NCBI GenBank assembly: GCA_963667365.1
Contig: OY763324.1
Span: 4,606,509-4,670,508, forward strand
Source: Candidatus Poribacteria bacterium
Lineage (GTDB): Bacteria; Poribacteria; WGA-4E; WGA-3G
DNA: 64,000 bases
Direction of reading: 5' to 3'
Shown here in pieces: positions 37,853-47,688 of the stretch. Both the position numbers and the translations under genes were made by a program. Numbering within the stretch: the first letter of the stretch is position 1; every line of letters starts with the position of its first letter. The notes under the pieces are model-generated. The model saw nothing but the letters and a program-made list of their open reading frames with translations. It did no database searches and had not been told where the DNA came from.

Positions 37853-38311
37853 TCAATCCGCAGCCTCTGCCAGTTCCAATAATATTGGGGACTCAACACG
37901 AATAGCGTCTTTGATGCAAACTTCCTCACATAGTAGACAACCTACACACTCTGTCGGTTTCACCAGTTCGCAGATACCAAAGAAACTATCAGCGTGTTCC
38001 TTTGTTGCAGGGTCTGTTATTTCAAGACATTCCCATGGACAGATTTGTACACAGAAATCACATCCAGAGCATAGTTCCTCATAAATTACAGCGATGGGTC
38101 TATGTTTAGGACGTGGGATAAACTTACACACTTTACCGAATTGGTCTCGGATAGCTTCCACAGGACATACCATCCCGCATGCACTACAATCAATACATAC
38201 ACCCGGGTCTATGATGTGTAATTTATTTCGATCACCAGTAATCGCGTCAACCGGACAGTTATCTAAACACTGTACACACCCGATACATTCATCAGTGATG
38301 TAATATGCCAT
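37853..38311 (-). CDS. Iron-sulfur protein with four CxxCxxCxxxCP [4Fe-4S] motifs
   Basis: CIGCVQCLDNCP, CIDCSACGMVCP, CSGCDFCVQICP, CVGCLLCEEVCI. Confidence 0.8.
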   Translation of the reverse strand: MAYYITDECIGCVQCLDNCPVDAITGDRNKLHIIDPGVCIDCSACGMVCPVEAIRDQFGKVCKFIPRPKHRPIAVIYEELCSGCDFCVQICPWECLEITDPATKEHADSFFGICELVKPTECVGCLLCEEVCIKDAIRVESPILLELAEAAD

Positions 38312-38335
38312 TTTAGTTCCCTCAATTTGATTTAT

Positions 38336-40744
38336 TTATGATAATCCAAGATGTGTCGCAACCTGTTCGTCCAATTTCGCAGCCCATTCTTCAGGTGAAT
38401 GCACCTTTCCATATCGTGACATCACAATCTTTCCCTGTTTATCAATTAACACGAATGCAGGAACTTTCTGCCATGGATTTATACCAAATAGCTTGAAAAG
38501 TGGACCGTTGTAATCATCACCATCAAGTATATGTTGTCCTTTGCAGTTTTCTTCATGGATACGATCTCTTAATTCATCGTTTGATCCACCATAAATGCAA
38601 ATACTGATAATATCAAATCCTCTTGTATGATATTTATCATATATTGTATAAATATTCGATTGTAATTCACCCGAGGAACAAAAATATAGCAGTACAACAT
38701 TTCCTCGCTGTGTTTCAGGACAAACATGCTCTCCATATACATCAACAGCTGAGAAATCAGGAACCATGCTACCTACCCGTGATGTTTCCGTCCAACTCAC
38801 GATTTGTCCTAATCTATCTTGTCTATTGTCAACAGAAATTATTTTACCTTCTCGGTCAATGAGCCACTGAGAAGGAACAGAGTTTATACCAAAATACTTT
38901 GCAACCTTAGTTTTCCAGACTTCTCCATCAAAGATGTGGGACCACGGAATTTCATGTTCCTCAATATATTCACGTAGTTCTGCTTCGTTTTCATCCAGGC
39001 TTACACCGATGACTTCAAATCCGGTCTTGTGATGGGTCTCGTATACTTTTTTGACATACGGTATTTCTGGTGTGCAGAAACGACACCATTTAGAACAGAA
39101 ATTGAGAAGTACCATTTTCCCTTGATAGTCTGAGAACGATATCGGTTTACCCTCAAGTGTCACAGCGGTAAAGTCAGGTAGTTGTCGTCCAACCCATGCT
39201 GTTTGTGCCCATCTGTATTCAGAGTGGGGTTCCCATGGGTATTTTTGTGCTAATTCGGTTTCCCCCAAAGTTTCATAAATATCACCGAGTCCGCGTAATG
39301 CGTACCATTCGTCAGGTTCGTGTGTCAGCCGTTCCTGAAATACCTGTAACATCTGAACTATCAAAGTTTTACACTTACCTATCAATTCAGAGTTACCATC
39401 AGGATTTTTCATAAGATACCGATAGATGTGGCACGGAGTTCTGCCTAATTCATTATATAGTCTTGTTAACCAGTGATGCAAATCAGATTCGTCTGGATGT
39501 TGTGCCCTTCGATACAATTCTTCAAGTGCTAATAACGTCTTTTCATATAATGGGTCATCACGATTATATAAACTTTTGGCATACAGACTAATTGTGTGAT
39601 AGCAAACTTCTGCATCGTTAGATAACAATTCCATTGCTTGTTCAAGGTATGGAACATCACTGTCTCCTACAATGATTGACAACACCTTCGCTGCTGCACC
39701 GTTGTTCGGCATCTTTTCATACACATCTTCAGTGAATTCTTGGAGTTCCAACAGCATTGCTTGGGGTAACCGCGGAACGTACTCAGCGAGTTCCGATGGT
39801 AATGTTGTACGTCCGTCAATAACTCCATCTTCAAGTTTCATTTTAAAATACTTCAGAAGTTGTTCTTGAATTTTCTGAGTAAGTCTCCATCTGCGGTCTG
39901 AAAGTCCATGGTTTTCAAGAGAATCGAGAAAAGTATCCCAAAAATTAGGGTTTTCGTGTGATAGATCGTCTGTTTTCAATTGGGATTCTGATTCTTGATG
40001 TAATTCTTTTTGAAATGCTGCTTGTTCCTCTATAAGCAAGTCTATACATTTCTTAACCAAGACATTACTTTTCTCTATTTTTCTTTGACACATCTTAAAT
40101 AGAGTTGGATTTTCTGCATCTACCTTGAGTTCCTTAATAATTTCCTTGAGTTTAGCATATACAGCATAAGGCGTTTTCAATCCTTCATAGGCAATCTTAG
40201 CATCCTGATACCGAACGGTTGCCCCCTCTTGTTTTGCCCACGTGTATAGGTTTTCGAGTGAAGTTAGGACTCTTTCTTGCCAGTCTATATCCGATTCATA
40301 AATAACATAACAACATCGGTATCTGTCTATTACAAGTAAATTCATTCCTGGATCTTCAGGTACCAACCGCATACCGTTTTCAATATGCGATAGATATTGA
40401 GAGTCACCTTCCGCACATGCAACAATTGCTAAAATAATTGCCGCAGCACCGTTATTAGGATCTGTTTTTAAAAAACTTTCTGCTAACACTCTTAGTTTTG
40501 GCAACATCTCTTTTTGAAATCGCCAAAAGTAATCGTGCAACCCAGGTGGAAGTGCAGTTTGTCCATCCGTGACACCTACTTCAATCTTTTCTTTAAGGTA
40601 GGTAAGGAGATTTTCCTGCATCTCCTCATCCAACTCTAATTCACCAGTACCTGCAGAAAACCCGAAGTTGCGGAGAGAGTTCAAGAAAGTATACCAGAAA
40701 TCTGTGGAATCAAATTTCTCTATCATATTTGTTTTCCTATTCAC
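38336..40744 (-). CDS. Large cytoplasmic protein, paralog A: duplicated novel N-terminal module plus two thioredoxin-fold (TlpA/redoxin-like) domains
   Basis: Repeated module KFDSTDFWYTFLNSL...LELDEEMQENLL / NPNFWDTFLDSLENHG. Redoxin domain with WCRFC (CxxC). Second redoxin-like domain has a single Cys. Confidence 0.5.
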   Translation of the reverse strand: MNRKTNMIEKFDSTDFWYTFLNSLRNFGFSAGTGELELDEEMQENLLTYLKEKIEVGVTDGQTALPPGLHDYFWRFQKEMLPKLRVLAESFLKTDPNNGAAAIILAIVACAEGDSQYLSHIENGMRLVPEDPGMNLLVIDRYRCCYVIYESDIDWQERVLTSLENLYTWAKQEGATVRYQDAKIAYEGLKTPYAVYAKLKEIIKELKVDAENPTLFKMCQRKIEKSNVLVKKCIDLLIEEQAAFQKELHQESESQLKTDDLSHENPNFWDTFLDSLENHGLSDRRWRLTQKIQEQLLKYFKMKLEDGVIDGRTTLPSELAEYVPRLPQAMLLELQEFTEDVYEKMPNNGAAAKVLSIIVGDSDVPYLEQAMELLSNDAEVCYHTISLYAKSLYNRDDPLYEKTLLALEELYRRAQHPDESDLHHWLTRLYNELGRTPCHIYRYLMKNPDGNSELIGKCKTLIVQMLQVFQERLTHEPDEWYALRGLGDIYETLGETELAQKYPWEPHSEYRWAQTAWVGRQLPDFTAVTLEGKPISFSDYQGKMVLLNFCSKWCRFCTPEIPYVKKVYETHHKTGFEVIGVSLDENEAELREYIEEHEIPWSHIFDGEVWKTKVAKYFGINSVPSQWLIDREGKIISVDNRQDRLGQIVSWTETSRVGSMVPDFSAVDVYGEHVCPETQRGNVVLLYFCSSGELQSNIYTIYDKYHTRGFDIISICIYGGSNDELRDRIHEENCKGQHILDGDDYNGPLFKLFGINPWQKVPAFVLIDKQGKIVMSRYGKVHSPEEWAAKLDEQVATHLGLS

Positions 40745-40769
40745 TGTTTTGTGAAAGTATATGAATTAT

Positions 40770-43181
40770 CTATATGTGCGCTGACACAAGCTCATCTATC
40801 CTCACAGCCCACGCTTCAAGTGAATGTACCTTCTCATAACGTGCATCAATGACCTTACCATCAGCATCAATCAGAATGAAGGCAGGTAGTTTAACTTTTC
40901 GAAATCCTGAACTCGATCCAAATCCGGACTGCTCCACCAGAGAACATTGCAGTCCATCTTCATCAGCATAGACATAGTGTCCTTTATGGTTTTCTTTGCG
41001 TACTACTTTGTGCAAAGCTTCTTCGTCCCTCCAGCCACCAATATTGAAACCAATTACCTCAAATCCATTGTTGTGATGCTTCTTGTATAGTGTGTCAATG
41101 AGTGCGAGTTCAGGTTCACGATTTATGTAACCAAAATGGACTAAAACAACTTTTCCTCGAAATGCAGCTGCAGATATAGAATTGCCATCTATATCAACTG
41201 CAGTAAAATCGGGAATAACGTTGCCAATACGTGTAGTTTCTGTCCACTTCACAAGTTGTCCAAGATGTTCTCCTCTTGTATGAACAGAAAGAATCGTTCC
41301 ATCCCTGTCAATTAACCACTGTGAAGGAACTATGTAAATAGAGAAAAACTGTGCAAGTTCGCTTTTCCATCCTTTTCCATCAAATATGTGGTGCCACGGG
41401 ATCTCATGTTCCTCTATATATTCGCTTAGTTCCTTTTCGTTCTCATCCAAACTCACACCAATTACCTCTAATCCATTGTGGTGATGTTCCTCATATACCT
41501 GTTTGAGATACGGAATTTCTGAATCACAGAAACCACACCACTTCGCACAAAAATTTAGCACCAACATTTTACCACGGTAATCTGAAACAGATATAGGAGT
41601 GCCATCAATAGCAACCGTTGAAAAATTGGGAATTTGCTTTCCAACCCATGCTGCCTGATCCCATCTGTATTCAGGATGGGGTTCCCAAGGGTATTCTTGT
41701 GCTAATACAGTTTCACCTAATACTTCATAGACATCCCCAAGTCCGCGTAATGCATACCAATCGTCTGGTTCGACATTAAGTTGATGCTTAAATGCATGTT
41801 GCATTTGCTCAATCAAGGTTTGACACCTTTCAATCAGTTCTGCATTTGCTTCAGGATTTTTCATCAGATTCCGATATATATGGCATGGTGTTCTACCTAC
41901 GTTCCTATACAGTTTTGACATCCAACTTGTTAATTTCGCTTCATCTTTGTGCTCCGCTCTTTCAAACATTCTCTCAAGAGCAGTAAGTGTTAGTTTGAAC
42001 AATGGATCGTAATGTTTATCATAATGTCTAAGTGCATAAAAGCAGGTTTCAGCATCTTTGGGTGCCAACATCATAGATTGTTCAAGGAATATAAGGTCAC
42101 TATCCGAATTTACATTTCGGATACGTTTACCCTCCCATACTATGCTTGCTAATATTTTCATTGCAGCACCGTTTTTTGGTTGTGTTTCAAGCACCTCTTC
42201 AGCGAATTCACGGAGTTCCAAATGCATCACTTCTGGAAATTCTGAAATATGTTCATGAAGATCCGTTGGTAATATTGTTCTTCCGTCAACCACACCTGCT
42301 GCAATCGTAGCTTCAAGGTAATCAAGAAGTTGCTCTTGGTCCTTCTCAGTAAGTCTTCTTGGAGGTGCATTTTTACGATTTTCAAGCGATTTTAGAAATG
42401 CATCCCATATATCGGTATGATCAGATATTTCATCAACTAAATCTTGTTGGTCCTCCGATTGTTGTCCTGTATACTTCCGAAATGCAGCCTTCTCCATGGG
42501 AACCAAATCTCGACACTTCTTTATTAGGGAATTACATATCTCAATTTCCGTACTACTTTTATCAGAACCTGATGAATTTTGTAGGTCTCTGAGTCTGTCT
42601 TTGAGTTGTTTATAAACTGTATAAGGCGTAACTCTATGCTGCAAATAGAATGACCTAGCCTCCTGATAACGAGCAGTGTCCTCTTGTTGTTTAGCCCATG
42701 TATATAAGTTTTCAAGTGACCTAACAACTTTCTCGTGTCGCTCAAATTCAACGTTAAAATATTGACTTTTTCTGTATTTATCAATCACAACCAAATTCAT
42801 ACACGGATCATTCGGTACCAACGCCATTGACTCATCCACCTGTGGATCATTATTAGCATCCCAGTCTGAAATTTCTACAATTGTGCGAAGTAAGGATGCT
42901 GTGCCGTTTTGTGGATCAGATTGAAGAAAACTATCAGTTAATTCCCGTGTTTTTGGTAACATCTCTTTTGGAATCCGCCAATAGTAATTATGTAGTCCAG
43001 GAGGAAGTGCTGTTTCACCATTCGTAACATCTTCATCAATCTTTTCTTTGAGATAGGCAAGGAATTTATCCTGCATCTCCTCATCCATCTCCAATTCACC
43101 TATTCCATAAGAGAGTCCTTCGTTATATAGAGAGTTAATGAATGTATACCAGAATTCTGTTGAGTCATATTTATCAGCCAT
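40770..43181 (-). CDS. Paralog B of the 38336..40744 protein (803 aa, same architecture, CxxC = WCGFC)
   Basis: Collinear similarity over the full length (MADKYDSTEFWYTFINSL..., ...FCAKWCGFCDSEIPYLKQVYEEH...). Confidence 0.5.
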   Translation of the reverse strand: MADKYDSTEFWYTFINSLYNEGLSYGIGELEMDEEMQDKFLAYLKEKIDEDVTNGETALPPGLHNYYWRIPKEMLPKTRELTDSFLQSDPQNGTASLLRTIVEISDWDANNDPQVDESMALVPNDPCMNLVVIDKYRKSQYFNVEFERHEKVVRSLENLYTWAKQQEDTARYQEARSFYLQHRVTPYTVYKQLKDRLRDLQNSSGSDKSSTEIEICNSLIKKCRDLVPMEKAAFRKYTGQQSEDQQDLVDEISDHTDIWDAFLKSLENRKNAPPRRLTEKDQEQLLDYLEATIAAGVVDGRTILPTDLHEHISEFPEVMHLELREFAEEVLETQPKNGAAMKILASIVWEGKRIRNVNSDSDLIFLEQSMMLAPKDAETCFYALRHYDKHYDPLFKLTLTALERMFERAEHKDEAKLTSWMSKLYRNVGRTPCHIYRNLMKNPEANAELIERCQTLIEQMQHAFKHQLNVEPDDWYALRGLGDVYEVLGETVLAQEYPWEPHPEYRWDQAAWVGKQIPNFSTVAIDGTPISVSDYRGKMLVLNFCAKWCGFCDSEIPYLKQVYEEHHHNGLEVIGVSLDENEKELSEYIEEHEIPWHHIFDGKGWKSELAQFFSIYIVPSQWLIDRDGTILSVHTRGEHLGQLVKWTETTRIGNVIPDFTAVDIDGNSISAAAFRGKVVLVHFGYINREPELALIDTLYKKHHNNGFEVIGFNIGGWRDEEALHKVVRKENHKGHYVYADEDGLQCSLVEQSGFGSSSGFRKVKLPAFILIDADGKVIDARYEKVHSLEAWAVRIDELVSAHI

Positions 43182-43270
43182 TTTTTCTTTCCTTGAATTG
43201 TGTTAGAATAGTGAAGTACTCCAGATTTAAGTGAGAAAACAAAGGTTAACTGTGGTAGTTAATGAAAAAT

Positions 43271-43576
43271 TTATAGATGTTTTGTAAGTAGTTCTTCGAG
43301 TTTCGCACACCAAGATTCTCGTGAGTGTATCTGTCCGTATCGAGACATTAATACTTTTCCATCTTTACCTATCAGCACAAATGCTGGATGAAAACGACCA
43401 AATCCAATGCCAAATTGCTGTGCCAACGGACCATCCCAGCCATCACCATCAAAGAGGACTTTGTCCTGCATCTCTTCGTCCATCTCCAATTTACCTCTGC
43501 CCGATGCGAGTCCAAAGTTATTAAGTGAGTTTAGAAACTTGTACCAGAAATCTGTAGAATCGTATTTGTCTCTCAT
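43271..43576 (-). pseudogene. Internally deleted third copy of the paralog family (N-terminal 40 aa fused to C-terminal 60 aa)
   Basis: MRDKYDSTDFWYKFLNSLNNFGLASGRGKLEMDEEMQDK matches paralog N-termini. ...FHPAFVLIGKDGKVLMSRYGQIHSRESWCAKLEELLTKHL matches their C-termini. Confidence 0.6.
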
Positions 43577-43610
43577 AATGTACTCCGCGGCGTGTATTGT
43601 TTAGATAAAA

Positions 43611-44342
43611 CTAAATAATATTTCCATTTTTGTCCACATAGACGACTTCCCATCCCTCAGGTTCTATCCCATTGTTTTGAAGGTCAGCTTTCTGTTCTTC
43701 AGAAAGTTTCGGTTCAGAGTTCCGATTCTTGCTCGATTTAATCTCGTACTCGGAGTCAATTTTGCATACGTACATTCTCCCTGGGACAGAGGGAAGCGCA
43801 TTTTCACCAATCACTGTCCAGTCTTCTATTTCGGGATTGTCGCGCCTTGCTTCTTGGATTAGTTGATATTGACTAATCTCCTTATCAATGTATACTGATT
43901 GTTCAAATTCATCTGCATCATGGTCTACAAGGTACTCATTTGAAAACACATTAATGCGTATGTCAAGATATTCCTCATAATCCTTGTAATCTTCTATACT
44001 CACACCTTTATCAAGTAGCATTTGAATCCATTCGTGGCGTGGGTATTTGGCATCTACATCTCCCAATGTATATTCAATGATGCGTTTATTTCCAGTGTGT
44101 TTGTCAGTCTTAAAGGAAAAATATTCTGGTTTTGAGATTTCTATTTCACAATATTCCTGAAATGAAATGGTTTTGTCAATGAACATCTTTTTAGTTAACT
44201 CAACACGTGGATGTTTAGTAGATTCATCTAATGTCCTAACTTCTGCAGAAGAAGTTGGCTTAGAGTTAGGTTTTTGAGAATTGTATTCTGTATCATACGC
44301 TTCCATTAGAGATTCAACGGTTTGGATTCTGGTATTTTGCAT
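43611..44342 (-). CDS. Hypothetical acidic protein
   Basis: ORF only. No recognisable motif. Confidence 0.3.
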   Translation of the reverse strand: MQNTRIQTVESLMEAYDTEYNSQKPNSKPTSSAEVRTLDESTKHPRVELTKKMFIDKTISFQEYCEIEISKPEYFSFKTDKHTGNKRIIEYTLGDVDAKYPRHEWIQMLLDKGVSIEDYKDYEEYLDIRINVFSNEYLVDHDADEFEQSVYIDKEISQYQLIQEARRDNPEIEDWTVIGENALPSVPGRMYVCKIDSEYEIKSSKNRNSEPKLSEEQKADLQNNGIEPEGWEVVYVDKNGNII

Positions 44343-45117
44343 GGTCTTTCTCCTGTGTGATATATTTATCTTGTGTAAGTCGGGAGAATAAGTAGAACCC
44401 TATTTACACAATATTTTTCCTCAAACTACATGACACTTATAATTTTCAAATCATCAAAAGCTTGTCCATCTTGGTCAGTGATACGTAAAATATATGTCGA
44501 TGCACCTTCCTCATTACATATCTTAACGAGGATACTATTTTTATCTGCTTTAAGGAGCACAGGAATAGTGTATTTATCAAGTTTTGCTGCATAGGTTTTG
44601 GTATGTGAGAATACCTCTTTACCATTTAACCATATTTTCCCTTGGTCATCACTATCAAATAAGGGTACGTCGGATGAGTTCAGAATCGTTGTGTTTCATT
44701 TTGCACCTCTTGGAGCAGATGGTTTCATAATTTGTGACGCGTTTTAGAGCAGAATTGGGTGCATATTTTTCAACAATCTTAGGAATTACATCATCTTGCT
44801 ATGAATTTCTTTGAGGAAAAGTATAATAGTTTTATAATATTTAGAGGCGATCTAAAATAAAGGACTCTCTTAGAAGTGTTGCAAACTTAGTATTGGACTG
44901 GATTTATGAGGTATTGATGATATAGGCAAGAATTACTGACTCTAAAGTTTTTGGTGTGACAGTCTAAACTGAGATTCTGATAAATGCAAGGGTATTGTCT
45001 AACGATTGAATTGCACAGTTCTTGGATTTAAAACTTGTGCATGAAGCAGTGTATACTCCAGTAATCGTTAGGCAACACCCTAAGTATGTTGACTGGTTGG
45101 TAGTCAACCAGTGCTAT

Positions 45118-45381
45118 TTACTCAAAATAATCAGCATTAATTTCTATGAAATGTTCCCATTCTTCAGGTACATCTTCTTCCATGAAGATAGCCTCAACGG
45201 GACATTCCGGTTCACACACACCACAATCAATGCATTCTTCTGGATCAATGTAGAGCATTTCTACTTCTTCAAAGTCGTCTGGCGCATCTGTTGGGTGCGG
45301 GTGAATGCAATCTACAGGACACACATCAACACAAGAACTGTCTTTTTCGTCAATGCAAGGTTCGCAAATTACATATGTCAT
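45118..45381 (-). CDS. fdxA: 7Fe-type (FdxA-like, [3Fe-4S][4Fe-4S]) ferredoxin, copy 1
   Basis: MTYVICEPCIDEKDSSCVDVCPVDCIHP...DPEECIDCGVCEPECPVEAIF. Confidence 0.85.
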   Translation of the reverse strand: MTYVICEPCIDEKDSSCVDVCPVDCIHPHPTDAPDDFEEVEMLYIDPEECIDCGVCEPECPVEAIFMEEDVPEEWEHFIEINADYFE

Positions 45382-45421
45382 GGTAATACTCCTTTCATTT
45401 GTTTATTCAATAGTAATAAAT

Positions 45422-45700
45422 TTAAACACTGGGTTGTTCATTGAAAAAATCAGCGTTAATTTGTATGTAATGCTCCCATTCTACGGGAACATCTTCTTCA
45501 AAATAAATAGCCTCAACGGGACATTCGGGTTCACATACGCCACATTCAATACATGTTTCAGGATCAATGAAAAGTTGATTTACACCTTCATAATCATTGG
45601 ATTCATCACTCGGATTTGGTCGTATGGAATCACATGGGCAAATATCAACACAGACACTGTCTTTTACATCAACACAAGGCTCACAAATTACATAAGTCAT
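45422..45700 (-). CDS. fdxA: 7Fe-type ferredoxin, copy 2
   Basis: MTYVICEPCVDVKDSVCVDICPCDSIRP...CIECGVCEPECPVEAIY. Confidence 0.85.
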   Translation of the reverse strand: MTYVICEPCVDVKDSVCVDICPCDSIRPNPSDESNDYEGVNQLFIDPETCIECGVCEPECPVEAIYFEEDVPVEWEHYIQINADFFNEQPSV

Positions 45701-45755
45701 TTCTTTATCTACCTTTTATTATATCCATTTTTTCTAATTTGTCAATTATTGTTTT

Positions 45756-46019
45756 TTATTCGAAATATTCTGCATTTATTTCTATGAAGTGTTCCCATTC
45801 ATCTGGGACATCATCATCCAAGAATATGGCTTCAACGGGACATACCGGAACGCATGCAGCACAGTCTATACATTCTTCAGGGTCAATATAGAGCATTTCC
45901 ACTTCTTCAAATTCATCTGGGTCTACATCCTGCATTGGGTGAATACATTCCACTGGACATATATCCACACAAGCACTGTCTTTTATATCAATACATGGTT
46001 CGCAAATTACATAGGTCAT
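45756..46019 (-). CDS. fdxA: 7Fe-type ferredoxin, copy 3
   Basis: MTYVICEPCIDIKDSACVDICPVECIHP...CIDCAACVPVCPVEAIF. Confidence 0.85.
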   Translation of the reverse strand: MTYVICEPCIDIKDSACVDICPVECIHPMQDVDPDEFEEVEMLYIDPEECIDCAACVPVCPVEAIFLDDDVPDEWEHFIEINAEYFE

Positions 46020-46120
46020 TGTTTTACTCCATAATGCCTGTTTCGTATCATTGGATTATCAGTAGTTATTGACACTGCAGTTGTATATGTAGTGTGACTG
46101 CTAACTATATAAAACCGTCT

Positions 46121-46864
46121 TCAAATAATCGGCAGGGCAGTATTCACTTGAGCAGATTTCCAGTGAATCTTTGGGTTTGGCACGTCATCTGAATAACTAT
46201 ATCCGCCTTGGACATAGCGTATACCTACCATAATCTCTAATCGATATGTTAATTCCTTCGCCTCAGCGATATCTATTTCGTCGTCTTGATTTTTATTTAG
46301 ATCAAAACCCTGATGGATTAATTTCACTTGTAATCCATGTCCAATTAATGAATCTGATAAGAGTTTTGCCAATAATTCAGCATCCGAAAACGATAGTTCG
46401 TCACCATCTTCCTTATTCCGCAAACTAAAACCGTTATGCCTAACTGAAACGTTTAATCCTTCGTTTTTAACCAATGATTCCAGTAATGTCATATCCTCAT
46501 CATGGTAAACAATACCTTCATTTGCAATAATCTTTAATGTATAGCCGCGATCAATAACATTCAAAGGTAGTGTCCGTTCAGCGATTAGTGATTTTAATAT
46601 ATCTCTTATTTCAGGTGTGCGATGTGTTTCTAAAGCGAGACAGTTTATCGCATCCTCCATAATTGGTGCAGTTCTCCCGACAGAAATAGAATGGCTCTTG
46701 CCACATCCGTTCATCCACTGCTTTATTACCTTCTTCATGGCTTCTTGTGTTTCTCTAAAAGCATTGTCACTAACCAATTGTGGACCTCTGTTGGAAGCAT
46801 TTATAGGTAGTTTGTGTTCCTCAATTAAAGTGTCAAGTAATTCTTTTACATCATTCGGTGTCAT
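46121..46864 (-). CDS. Repeat protein (4 x about 55-aa L..LI.E..L...GF.L modules), paralog 1; candidate soluble anti-sigma or partner of the ECF sigma
   Basis: Internal repeats. Paralogous to 46923..47663. Co-oriented immediately downstream of the ECF sigma. Confidence 0.3.
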   Translation of the reverse strand: MTPNDVKELLDTLIEEHKLPINASNRGPQLVSDNAFRETQEAMKKVIKQWMNGCGKSHSISVGRTAPIMEDAINCLALETHRTPEIRDILKSLIAERTLPLNVIDRGYTLKIIANEGIVYHDEDMTLLESLVKNEGLNVSVRHNGFSLRNKEDGDELSFSDAELLAKLLSDSLIGHGLQVKLIHQGFDLNKNQDDEIDIAEAKELTYRLEIMVGIRYVQGGYSYSDDVPNPKIHWKSAQVNTALPII

Positions 46865-46922
46865 GTTTCATCCTCCTTCTATATGAGAAACGGATCTGAT
46901 CTACTGTTCAATAGTCTACAAT

Positions 46923-47663
46923 TCACCTTCTTGGAAACCGCCACAGAGAGATACATATACTGGCACTTTTTAATGCAGTTTCGGATTCTTCATCATCGGA
47001 ATGTAAGTAATTGTACGAATTTAGCACATAGTTGATACCTAAGGTATCATCTATCTTTTTTGCAATCTCTTTTATCTGTGCAAGGTGCATGTCCCCATCC
47101 TGCGTTTTCTCTAAGCTGAAACCACGATGAAACATTTTCGCCTTTATATGCTTTTCTCTTAGTGTTGTTTCAAGACTATCTGTTACCCTTTTTAATTGGG
47201 AAGATGGCACCTCAACTTCTGATGGTTTCTCTAACCTAAAACCACCGTGTAATATTTTTACAGGATAGCGCGTTGAATCATCTTCTGCTAAGGTAATCAA
47301 TCTAAAACCTTGATCGGTGAAACGGATCGCCATATTCTGTTCCGTTATGATAGATTTAATAAGTGCTTCAACATCTATAGATTCCAACAATTCTATTACA
47401 GCCGACTCAACATTTGATTTGGTGTAGAATTCCATAATATCTGATCGAACAGGTGAACGAGAATGTATGTTTCCATCTGTGTTCCATTGATGAATCACAT
47501 CTTTGATGCGTGATTCCATAACGGTATCCAATGATCGAAAATTCTGGTTGGGTGCTATATCAACAACTTCAATCGGAAGTCCCTTCTCTATAATCAAGGT
47601 CTTTAGCAACTCCTTGACATCATTCGGTGTCATCTGTGTTCTCCTTTTAATGTTAGAATGCAT
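46923..47663 (-). CDS. Repeat protein paralog 2
   Basis: MTPNDVKELLKTLIIEKGLPIEV... shared N-terminus and module structure with 46121..46864. Confidence 0.3.
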   Translation of the reverse strand: MHSNIKRRTQMTPNDVKELLKTLIIEKGLPIEVVDIAPNQNFRSLDTVMESRIKDVIHQWNTDGNIHSRSPVRSDIMEFYTKSNVESAVIELLESIDVEALIKSIITEQNMAIRFTDQGFRLITLAEDDSTRYPVKILHGGFRLEKPSEVEVPSSQLKRVTDSLETTLREKHIKAKMFHRGFSLEKTQDGDMHLAQIKEIAKKIDDTLGINYVLNSYNYLHSDDEESETALKSASICISLWRFPRR

Positions 47664-47688
47664 ATCAATTGAAAAGGTTACATAATTA

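Noticed and set aside
45085-45112. Inverted repeat actggttg..caaccagt just downstream of the ferredoxin-1 stop (minus strand)
   Set aside because: Could be a terminator, but no convincing U-tract follows on the transcribed strand, so it is not listed as a feature.
45022-46072. Several plus-strand ORFs (140, 160, 91, 81, 72 aa)
   Set aside because: They are the antisense frames of the three strongly supported ferredoxin genes. Their repetitive His/Phe-rich translations mirror the Cys/Glu-rich ferredoxins.
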